Part shown: one piece after another, positions 48,421-56,627 of the stretch
Numbering within the stretch: position 1 is the first letter of the stretch
How the letters are laid out: each line of letters starts with the position of its first letter
Assembly: GCA_963695545.1 (NCBI GenBank)
Contig: OY968796.1
Coordinates: 96,001 to 160,000 of the forward strand
DNA: 64,000 bases
Direction of reading: 5' to 3'
Source of the DNA: Terriglobia bacterium
Lineage (GTDB): Bacteria; Acidobacteriota; Terriglobia; Acidiferrales; UBA7541
The notes under the pieces: generated by a model
Told to the model about the DNA's origin: nothing
The model's input: the letters and a program-made list of their open reading frames with translations, nothing else
Database searches by the model: none
Made by a program: the position numbers and the translations under genes

Positions 48421-49011
48421 CTATTTGCGATGTCTAAAAATGCCAAAGGCCACGCGCATCTGAAAAGTATTGACGCCGGGGTTCGATTGCGTGAGCCCCG
48501 CGTCCGAAATATGCATATATCGAAACTCCGCGCTCCAGTTGTATTTGCCGGCCAGAAAATAGACGCCCGTGGCGCCACCCGAGGCGAAATTTACCCGCGA
48601 GACTTCCGGAGGCACGTCGCGGTTTGTAAACAACGATCCACCGCTGAACTCGAAATAGGGGACGACACGACGGCGCTCTCGGAAGTCCCACTTGAAGACG
48701 AACGGATCGAGCACAACCCCGTAAGCTGTTCCGCCGGGCTCAAAGACGCAGAATACCGGTGCGACATCCACGGCAAATTCAAGTTGGCTGCGCAGGATTC
48801 CTGGACCATGCGGGCCGGTGAGAATCCAGCCGTAGCGCAGGCCGAAGTTCAAAGTACCAACGTCCCTCACGCCGACGTTCCCGATGCGTGCGCTGTCGCC
48901 GCCGCCGGCCCACAATTCCAGTTCGCGGTCTCCTTGCAAGGGCCCGGATTGCGACATCGCAGGCGAGGCATACAAGAGAAGTAGCAGCAGCGATCCGGCC
49001 AGATATTTCAC
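48421..49011 (-). CDS. Acyloxyacyl hydrolase / PagL-like lipid A deacylase beta-barrel
   Basis: Signal peptide, beta strands, VPYFEF.GG, NF, RYMHISDAGL...NPGVN catalytic-type motif. Confidence 0.8.
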   Translation of the reverse strand: MKYLAGSLLLLLLYASPAMSQSGPLQGDRELELWAGGGDSARIGNVGVRDVGTLNFGLRYGWILTGPHGPGILRSQLEFAVDVAPVFCVFEPGGTAYGVVLDPFVFKWDFRERRRVVPYFEFSGGSLFTNRDVPPEVSRVNFASGGATGVYFLAGKYNWSAEFRYMHISDAGLTQSNPGVNTFQMRVAFGIFRHRK

Positions 49012-49210
49012 CGATTGCTCCTCGTCGTTTTCGGGAACGATGGAGTTCTGAATGCGTCGGTCGCATTCCGGATTCTTGCGCGAGGCGGCAGATCAGAACA
49101 GTAGCGCCGGCGCCCAGCGAACCATCAGACGTAACCGGCACAATGATTCTTCTCGGGACGAATGAGAACGAAACTCCGGAGTGGACTCCGGCGTATCGAG
49201 AGCGGAATGC

Positions 49211-49633
49211 TTAGAGGTTGGCGGGGGGCGCGCGAGCGACCGAGCGATCGCCCGCGAGAAACGAAATCGCAGGTTGGGCCGAAGGCGCGATCGCCGCGGA
49301 GGTGTTCAGCGGATTCGGCGAATCAGCGCGTGCCGGCATGGCGACGCTTGCCGACGACGGCGCGCACCGACTGCCCGGCGCGCGGTTCGCGGAACACCGC
49401 AGCAGCGCAGTGCGGCGGCCGGTGGAGCAGCCGTCGCACAACAGAATTTCGGGGTGCAGATCGTCCGTCATGGAGACGACGTAAAACATCAGGATCATGA
49501 CGCAAACGAACGCGGTCCATTCCTGAAGAGGATTGCGCCGCGACGCGCCTTTCTCGCGCACCCAACGCCGCTGCCAGACGCATAGTGCGACGGCGACGAG
49601 TAACACCCAAACTAAATTGAGAAATGTTTCCAT
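49211..49633 (-). CDS. Two-TM leader-like protein with TDDLH, CxxC and C-terminal RAPP
   Basis: METFLNLVW TM1, second TM ending SMTDDLH, LCDGCS, low-complexity linker, RAPPANL*. Confidence 0.75.
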   Translation of the reverse strand: METFLNLVWVLLVAVALCVWQRRWVREKGASRRNPLQEWTAFVCVMILMFYVVSMTDDLHPEILLCDGCSTGRRTALLRCSANRAPGSRCAPSSASVAMPARADSPNPLNTSAAIAPSAQPAISFLAGDRSVARAPPANL

Positions 49634-49917
49634 GGGCGGTCGATTAACGCAATGCGCTCCGCGCTGCCTATTGAAGCAATGCGCTCCCCGCAGGGCGGTG
49701 AACTAATGCGCACTGCGCGAGACCGACGCGCCAACACCACAAGCAACCGCTGGCAGTTCGTGCGCGCCGAAAATTCAATGTACCACCGCCGCCGATTGAC
49801 GGCAATCGTTTGAGTTCGCGGGCGTTACGCGAGAATTATCGGCGCCGCGCGAGCGGACGTGACGCGACTCGACGGATTCGATTGGTGAGAAGAAACGGGA
49901 AATTGTGACGCTGTCTG

Positions 49918-50391
49918 CTACTGCTGCTGCTCAGCAGTGGTGGTGTGGGTGTCCTTCGCGTCGGTTCGCGGGGTCATGGAAACGACGATGTACTCGCGTT
50001 CCTTCTGGCCGCTTTCGGGGTCGCGGAGGAACAGCGAACTCTTCTCGATCCTGAACTCGACGGCGTCACCGACGGGCAGGAGAATCGGATGCTTCGCATC
50101 CTTCAAGCGGATGTGGTAGACGATGCGGTCGGACTGAAGCACGTAGTCCTGGCAGAGAATTTGCTGCGTCGTTTTCTTCCCGGAATCGGTTCCGAGGATC
50201 TCGCCGGCGACGCTCTTCCCGCCGACCTCAGTCGAGCCGCACGCTTGCGAATCCATGGAGAGCAAAGTGCCGCGGTCGTAGACCGGATCCTTGGCCGATA
50301 GCGACGGCGCGACGGCGAGCAGCGAGACTCCGGCAAGAACGAAGACGATTCCCGCACGCGCGAATTGCAGCTTCACAGTGGAGTGGCTCAC
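49918..50391 (-). CDS. Secreted hypothetical protein
   Basis: Signal peptide ending LSA|K, two Cys, GC3-rich codon usage. Confidence 0.7.
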   Translation of the reverse strand: MSHSTVKLQFARAGIVFVLAGVSLLAVAPSLSAKDPVYDRGTLLSMDSQACGSTEVGGKSVAGEILGTDSGKKTTQQILCQDYVLQSDRIVYHIRLKDAKHPILLPVGDAVEFRIEKSSLFLRDPESGQKEREYIVVSMTPRTDAKDTHTTTAEQQQ

Positions 50392-50645
50392 GATTTTCGC
50401 CTCGCAGAATGTAATTAAAGCGCCCGTGGGACATCAAATGATTTAAGGCCCACAGGGACACACGAACGCGAATCACGTTTGCAATCGGGCAGCCACGCGC
50501 TAACCCTAGCGTTATCAGTGACTAACGAGGATCGCGAGAGGACCGGGGACACCCGGCGATGATCAGAAACGTAACGCATTCGGAAGAAAGGGCCCACCCA
50601 CAGCCGAGGCGGGCGTTTTGCGAGTAAGATAGAGGAATAGAATTT

Positions 50646-52646
50646 ATGCGCGGATTCCACTCCCACACTTACACAGCTCGCGGCAGGGACGCGCGGGATT
50701 CCGCCGCCGGCGGGAAAAAATCGAAAAAATCGTCTGGCAGCTTTCTGACGCTGCTTCCGGAAGTCTGGGTTTTTGTGCGGCCGCAGCGGTGGCTGTTGCT
50801 GCTTGGCTTCGGACTGATGGCCATCAATCGTCTGGCGGGATTTGTGCTGCCGGCATCGATGCAGCCCATCGCGGATAAGGTGATCCGGAACGGGCAACGA
50901 CAGTTGCTGGTTCCGATCGTGATTGCCATCCTGGCTGCGACCACGATTCAAGGGCTGACGTCGTTCGCGCTGACGCAATTGCTCTCGAAAGCGGCGCAGC
51001 GCATGATCGCCGATTTGCGCAAACAGGTGCAGGCGCATATCGGCCGGCTGACGGTCGCGTTTCATGATTCCAACAAGTCGGGCTCGCTGCTGACGCGGAT
51101 CATGACCGACGTCGATGGCTTGCGAAATCTGATGGGCACGGGGCTTGTGGATTTCGCCGGCAGCCTGATGACCGCGGTGATTGCGCTGGTGTTGCTGCTG
51201 CGCGTCAGCGTGATGCTGACCTCGGTGGTTCTGGTGATTCTGCTGGCGACGGGGCTGAGCCTGAACGTGGCGATCGGGTGGATCCGGCCGATATATCGAG
51301 CGCGGTCGAAAATATTCGCGGAGGTGACCGGGCGTCTGGCGGAATCGCTCGGAGGCATTCGCGTGGTGAAAGGCTATCGCGCGGAGGCGCGCGAGGAAGA
51401 AGTGTTCGCGGGCGGCGTGAAGCGGCTGCTGGAGAACGTGCTGCAGACGCTGACGGCGACTTCGTTGATGAGCCTGGCTTCCACGATGCTGCTCGGTACC
51501 GTGAGCGCGCTGATCATTTATCTGGGCGTGCAGCGAATACCCAGCGGAAATTCGTTGCCGGTCATCGGCCAAATGTCGTTCGGCATGTTCCTGAAGTTCG
51601 TGGGCTACATGGCCATGCTGGTCTCGCCGATTTTTCAGATTGTGAGCATCGGGCCGCAATTCAGCGACGGCATGGCGGGACTTGAGCGCACGACGGAAAT
51701 CCTGAAGGAAAATTTGGAAGACGCCGAACCGCGGCGCACCGTGGACATCGGCACGATTCGCGGCGACGTGGCGTTTGAAAACGTGAGCTTCGCGTACGAA
51801 AAAGAGCGCATGGTGCTGCACGACGTGAGTTTTGAATCGAAGCCGGGGACGGCGACGGCGCTGGTGGGTCCATCGGGCGGAGGCAAATCGACGATGATTG
51901 GGCTGGTGGCCGCCTTCTATACGCCGAATTCCGGGCGTGTGCTGGTGGACGGCGTGGACCTTGCGACGGTGCGCTTGGAAACTTTCCGCACGCAGCTGGG
52001 AATCGTGCTGCAGGATACATTTTTGTTCGACGGCACGATCCGCGAAAACGTGGCCTTCTCGCGGCCCGATGCGTCCGAGGAAGACATTCTGGCGGCGAGC
52101 CGCATCGCGCGGGTGGACGAATTCGCCGAATCGTTCGAGGAAAAATACGACACGGTGATCGGCGAGCGCGGCGTGCGATTGTCGGGCGGGCAGAAGCAGC
52201 GCATCTCGATCGCGCGCGCGATTTTGGCGGACCCGCGCATCTTGATTCTGGATGAAGCGACTTCGAGCCTCGATTCCGAATCGGAAGCGCTGATTCAGGA
52301 AGGATTGTCTTACTTGATGCGCGGGCGCACCACGTTCGTGATCGCGCATCGGCTTTCGACAATTCGCCGCTCGGATCAAATTCTGGTTGTGGAGGGCGGG
52401 CGCATCGTCGAGCGCGGGACGCATGCGTCGCTGTATGCGCGCGGCGGGCGATACTACGAGCTTTACACGAAGCAGCACGGCATCGAAACGAACCTGTTCC
52501 TCGCGCCGGGCGAAGGCGATCCGACCTCGGGCGACGGCGATGGCGCGGAGACCGCAACGACGGATCGCGGCGACGGCAACGGCTCCGCGGAAAACGACAG
52601 TGGAATTGCGCGCGCGGCGAGGCTTCTGCGCGGCCGCGAATCGTAG
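50646..52646 (+). CDS. ABC exporter, fused permease/ATPase (MsbA-like)
   Basis: TM domain, GPSGGGKST, LSGGQKQR, ILILDEATS, IAHRLST. Confidence 0.93.
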   Translation: MRGFHSHTYTARGRDARDSAAGGKKSKKSSGSFLTLLPEVWVFVRPQRWLLLLGFGLMAINRLAGFVLPASMQPIADKVIRNGQRQLLVPIVIAILAATTIQGLTSFALTQLLSKAAQRMIADLRKQVQAHIGRLTVAFHDSNKSGSLLTRIMTDVDGLRNLMGTGLVDFAGSLMTAVIALVLLLRVSVMLTSVVLVILLATGLSLNVAIGWIRPIYRARSKIFAEVTGRLAESLGGIRVVKGYRAEAREEEVFAGGVKRLLENVLQTLTATSLMSLASTMLLGTVSALIIYLGVQRIPSGNSLPVIGQMSFGMFLKFVGYMAMLVSPIFQIVSIGPQFSDGMAGLERTTEILKENLEDAEPRRTVDIGTIRGDVAFENVSFAYEKERMVLHDVSFESKPGTATALVGPSGGGKSTMIGLVAAFYTPNSGRVLVDGVDLATVRLETFRTQLGIVLQDTFLFDGTIRENVAFSRPDASEEDILAASRIARVDEFAESFEEKYDTVIGERGVRLSGGQKQRISIARAILADPRILILDEATSSLDSESEALIQEGLSYLMRGRTTFVIAHRLSTIRRSDQILVVEGGRIVERGTHASLYARGGRYYELYTKQHGIETNLFLAPGEGDPTSGDGDGAETATTDRGDGNGSAENDSGIARAARLLRGRES

Positions 52647-52852
52647 TGCCTGCCAAAACAGACGCTCAAGAAGAACGAAACCACGCGGGTTTGTGCGCCG
52701 ATTGCAAGCACGCGCAGAAAGTGGTTTCGTCGCGCGGCTCGAATTTTTATCTCTGCGGGCGTTCATTCAGCGATCCTACCTTCGCGAAATATCCAGCGAT
52801 CCCTGTGCGCTCCTGCGCGGGCTACGAACCCGATCGCAAACTCCCGTCTTGA
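52646..52852 (+). CDS. Small four-Cys protein
   Basis: GTG overlaps the upstream TAG; GLCADCKH...FYLC...KYP.IPVRSC.GYEP. Confidence 0.65.
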   Translation: MPAKTDAQEERNHAGLCADCKHAQKVVSSRGSNFYLCGRSFSDPTFAKYPAIPVRSCAGYEPDRKLPS

Positions 52853-52868
52853 TGGCGGCCGCCGCAGT

Positions 52869-53834
52869 TCATATGACCTCTTCCACTCGCGGGGACGGGG
52901 CGGCCAGGCGATCGACTTCGGCGAGTTCTTCGGCAGAGAGATGCCAATCGGCGGCGCGGACATTTTGCTCGACTTGCTCGGGCTTGGTGGCGCCGGCGAT
53001 GACGCTTGAGACGGGCTGCTGCGCGGCGAGCCACGCGATGGCCAAATCGAGAAGATTGTGGCCGCGCGGCGCGCAGAATTTTTCGAGACGCTCGACGACT
53101 TCCCAATTCGCGTCGGTGATGTAGCGATCGGCGAGGTGCTTGGCGGTGTTCAGGCGCGCGCCCGCGGGCATGGGCTGGCCGCGCTTGTACTTGCCGGAGA
53201 GGAAGCCGCCGGCCAGCGGGAAATATGGGAGCAGGCCGAGGCCGTACGCGCGCATGGCGGGAATCAATTCGCGCTCGGGCTCGCGGACGATCAGACTGTA
53301 TTCATCCTGGCAGGAAATGAAGGCGTGCGTGCCGATGGTGCGCGCGGTCCACTGGGCTTCGACGACTTGCCATGCCTGCAAATTGGAGCAACCGATGTAG
53401 CGGACCTTGCCCTGCTGGATCAGGTCTTCGAGAGCGCGCAGAGTTTCTTCGATCGGAGTTTTTGGGTCCGGGCGATGGAGCTGATAGAGATCGATCCAAT
53501 CGGTGCCGAGGCGGCGCAGGCTGGCTTCGGCGGCGGACATGACGTAGGCGCGCGCGGCGCCGCGCATGGTTTTGGCGTCGTCCATGGCCATGCCGAACTT
53601 GGTGGCGAGAACGATGTCTTTTCGGCGCGCTCCGAGGCTTTGGCCGAGCATGATTTCGGAGCCGCCCTTGTTGCCGTAAATGTCGGCGGTATCGAAAAGC
53701 GTGATGCCGAGATCGAGCGCTTTCGCGACCACGCGGCGCGTGGTCTCGAGATCGGTGCGGCTGCCGAAATTATTGCAGCCCAGACCGACGAGCGAAACTT
53801 CTAGCGGCGAGTTGCCGAGAGTGCGGTGCTTCAT
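52869..53834 (-). CDS. Aldo/keto reductase
   Basis: GLGCNNFG, FDTADIYG, LATKFG, IDLYQLH, GKVRYIGCSN, YFPLAGG. Confidence 0.94.
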   Translation of the reverse strand: MKHRTLGNSPLEVSLVGLGCNNFGSRTDLETTRRVVAKALDLGITLFDTADIYGNKGGSEIMLGQSLGARRKDIVLATKFGMAMDDAKTMRGAARAYVMSAAEASLRRLGTDWIDLYQLHRPDPKTPIEETLRALEDLIQQGKVRYIGCSNLQAWQVVEAQWTARTIGTHAFISCQDEYSLIVREPERELIPAMRAYGLGLLPYFPLAGGFLSGKYKRGQPMPAGARLNTAKHLADRYITDANWEVVERLEKFCAPRGHNLLDLAIAWLAAQQPVSSVIAGATKPEQVEQNVRAADWHLSAEELAEVDRLAAPSPRVEEVI

Positions 53835-53932
53835 GGCGAGTTCTCCCGAGGGCTGACGGAGTATCGCGCTTTTGATGCGCGGCGGGCTCGCGGCGGCGCT
53901 GCAGTCGGGTCGAAAGAGGACGAGAAAACTTG

Positions 53933-54260
53933 GGGCCTATATACACCCCCGGTATGTTTTTGCGAAAGTATTGAAAATACATGGGTTGCGGCAAAAGAGT
54001 GCGGATGAGTGTGAAAATACAGGGACTTGAAATCGAGTCGATTCAATGTGTTGCGCACTCTTTTGCAATGAATTGAAAACAAATGGGTTGCAGAGGCGAT
54101 TTGTTGCATAGAAATGCAAAGTGCGACGGGGCTGGAGCGGAGTGGAAGGCGGGCGCTGGACGGAAGCGACGATTCGAAAAGTTTTCGCGAGTACATGCCT
54201 ACGTATACCACGATAATTCCCACACGTCAACAATAATTTATAAGTATACTATTCGAATAG
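53933..54260 (-). repeat. Dispersed intergenic promoter/palindrome element, copy 3
   Basis: Homologous to copy 1; CTATTCGAATAG 54249-54260, TTGACG 54230-25, ATG 54196. Confidence 0.8.
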
Positions 54261-54300
54261 ATTCCGCGGCGCCGTTTTGCGCCATTCGAAAAGATTGTGT

Positions 54301-54548
54301 CGCCCCTACGGGGCTTGCACGGGCTGGGCTTGTGTACCCAGGGCTTCCGCCCTGGGCTAAAATGTATCGCCCCTACGGGGCTGAATCACAGTGCCGACCG
54401 CGATCGCACGGCGTGGCGCGCGGTTTTAGCAGCACGGCCACTCTTGGCGGTGCGGGGTCTGGATTTTTAATTCCGAAAAACCAAAGGCACACGGGCAAGA
54501 GTGCCTGTGCTACCGAAACCAAGATGGAGGCCTGAAGGCCTGCGCTAC
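54301..54548. repeat. Cluster of three REP-like palindrome types
   Basis: CGCCCCTACGGGGCT x2 (54301, 54368) around CCCAGGGCTTCCGCCCTGGG; inverted pair 54427-53 / 54487-513; AGGCCTGAAGGCCTGCGCTAC 54528-48. Confidence 0.7.
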
Positions 54549-54560
54549 GCAAGCCGAAGA

Positions 54561-55886
54561 TTAGCGTTGGAGGAAATCGTCGGAGTGGGTTAGGAATTCG
54601 GGGTAGGCGCCGGCGCCCAATTCGTAGAGGTCGAGGCCCTGGCGTTCGCCTTCGCGGGCGACGCGCTGGGGATAGAAGCGGTTGAGGAGCCAATTGAGGG
54701 AATAGGTGAGCGGGAGAACGAAACCGATGAGCGTGGCGATGCCGACGAGTTGAGCGAGCCATTGTCCGGGGGCCGCAGCGGCGCCGGGGTGAGCGGCGTC
54801 GGGAAAGCGGGCGAAGAGAGCGAGCGCCAGCAAACCCCAGAGGCCGGCCGCGGCATGCACGGAAATGGCGCCGCCGGGATCGTCAACGGCGAGACGCAAA
54901 TCGAGCCACTCGACAGACAAGGGCACGATGATTCCCGCGACAAGACCTACGATCATGGCCGCTGCGGGCGGCAAGAATGGCGCCGCGGCGCTGCTGGCCA
55001 CGAGGCCGCCGACCCAGCCGTTGGCGCAGAGCGAAGCGTCGGGCTTGCCGAAGCGAACGCGCGTGACGACGAGCGTGGCAAGCATGGCGGACGCCGCGCA
55101 CAGCGTGGTGTTGAAGGCGACGAGCACCGCGCTCGACGCCGGAACGCCGGCATACAAAATCGCGCCGGCGGAATTCAAGCCGCACCATCCGACGAGAGCG
55201 AGCACGCAACCAAAGACAATATAGACGACGTTGTGGCCGGGGATCGCGGCAGGCATTCCGTCGACTGCATATTTGCCGCGGCGCGGTCCAAGGATCCACG
55301 CAATGCTCAGCGCGGTGAGGCCGCCGACAACCTGAATTGTGGCCGTGCCCCCGGCGTCCTGAAAGCCGCGGCCCAAGCCGAAGAAAGAACCGAGTTGCGC
55401 GAGCCATCCGCCGGCCCAGACCCAGTGTGCAAATAGAGGATAGGTGATGCCGGCGAGCAAAGCGGTGGAAGCGCAGCAGGAGCCGAGGCGCCAGCGGTCG
55501 CCACCGCTGCCGAGAGGAATCAGGGCGGCGAGGCCGACGCTGAGCATTCCGAGCCAGGCTTCAAGAGAAGCGGGCGAACCATCGAGTTTTACTCCGCGCA
55601 GGAACCAGGGTTGCGCGGCGAGCAGGTTCCATCGATTGCCGGCCAGAAGGATGCCGTGCGCCGGTCCGCCGGCGAATCCTTGCCAGGAAAACCCGCAAAT
55701 AAAGTAGACGATGGCCGCTACGCTCACGACCACGAGCGACGCCAGAATCGCGTGCGCTGCGCTGCGCGAACGGCCGAGGCCGGTATTGATCAGAGCCAAG
55801 CCGGCGGCGGCGAAGGGAACCAAGAGAATGAAAACGATGCACAGCGCGGCGGAGGTTTCTGAAAACGCGGCGGCATTCGGCGTCAT
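54561..55886 (-). CDS. Divergent ammonium transporter (Amt) family protein
   Basis: YPLFAHWVWAGGWL, DAGG, LGPRRGKY, PGHN, VDDPGGAISVH, EGERQGLD. Confidence 0.88.
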   Translation of the reverse strand: MTPNAAAFSETSAALCIVFILLVPFAAAGLALINTGLGRSRSAAHAILASLVVVSVAAIVYFICGFSWQGFAGGPAHGILLAGNRWNLLAAQPWFLRGVKLDGSPASLEAWLGMLSVGLAALIPLGSGGDRWRLGSCCASTALLAGITYPLFAHWVWAGGWLAQLGSFFGLGRGFQDAGGTATIQVVGGLTALSIAWILGPRRGKYAVDGMPAAIPGHNVVYIVFGCVLALVGWCGLNSAGAILYAGVPASSAVLVAFNTTLCAASAMLATLVVTRVRFGKPDASLCANGWVGGLVASSAAAPFLPPAAAMIVGLVAGIIVPLSVEWLDLRLAVDDPGGAISVHAAAGLWGLLALALFARFPDAAHPGAAAAPGQWLAQLVGIATLIGFVLPLTYSLNWLLNRFYPQRVAREGERQGLDLYELGAGAYPEFLTHSDDFLQR

Positions 55887-56062
55887 TCGTGCTCCCGCGG
55901 CGCGCCGAGATGCGCGCGGAAGAAAAGCACGAGGCCCAAAATCTCGACGCCAATTCCGGCGAAGACAAACGCGCTTCGCGGATTGGAGCGAGTGAGCAGC
56001 ACGAGGGCGCAAACCACGAGCAGCCACCCGGCTGGCAACAATAAAAGTCCGGCGAGCTTCAT
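55883..56062 (-). CDS. 59-aa two-TM membrane protein coupled to the Amt-like gene
   Basis: MKLAGLLLLPAGWLLV...GVEILGLVLFFRAH; ATGA overlap with the Amt start. Confidence 0.7.
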   Translation of the reverse strand: MKLAGLLLLPAGWLLVVCALVLLTRSNPRSAFVFAGIGVEILGLVLFFRAHLGAPREHE

Positions 56063-56627
56063 GGAATTTTCCCCGGTGGGCGCGAATCCATCCGGGCTAC
56101 GACCCGAACGCGCGCCCGCGAGGGTTCGCATAACATATCACAATCGTTCGGGCGGCTCCGCGCACCGAAGCGTCGCGAAAGAGTTCAGACGCGAGCGAAA
56201 GCGGAGAACGCGCCCGGCGCCGCCACGTGAGAAAGCGAGATCCGCGTAGTTCGGCGACATTCTGCGCGTTCAACGAATTGGGACAGCGACATTGGCGGAG
56301 GTGCGATGCCATTGGAATGCCATACGATGCAACAGATTGATCTAACCTGAACAGCTGCTTAGACCGTGGTGAAGCTCGGCGCACAGGCGGCGGCCCAAAC
56401 TCCGTCCGGGGAGGGGTGGCGATATCTGGAGACATTGCTGGCACAAGTGCTTGCGATTCAATTGGTTACGCTGCGCGGGGGGCGCGACCGGGCAGGCTGG
56501 GCCCCTAAACAAAACCTAAATTGATGCGATTGAAAATTCGCGTTGTACATAACGACACATAGACGCAACAATGCCGCCCTCGATGCAGTTCCGCACGTCC
56601 GCAATCCCTTAAGGAGGGAACAATTCG

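Noticed and set aside
56142..56214. Resemblance to the glnA glutamine riboswitch (ATCGTTC...GAAG...GAACGCG)
   Set aside because: The core CGGAAGTA junction is missing, and it is antisense to the adjacent Amt operon and over 400 nt from the APC start. Only a cmscan hit would rescue it.
56439..56455. Sigma-54-like TGGCAC...TTGC upstream of the APC permease
   Set aside because: Spacing is GG-N11-GC, whereas sigma-54 promoters require GG-N10-GC.
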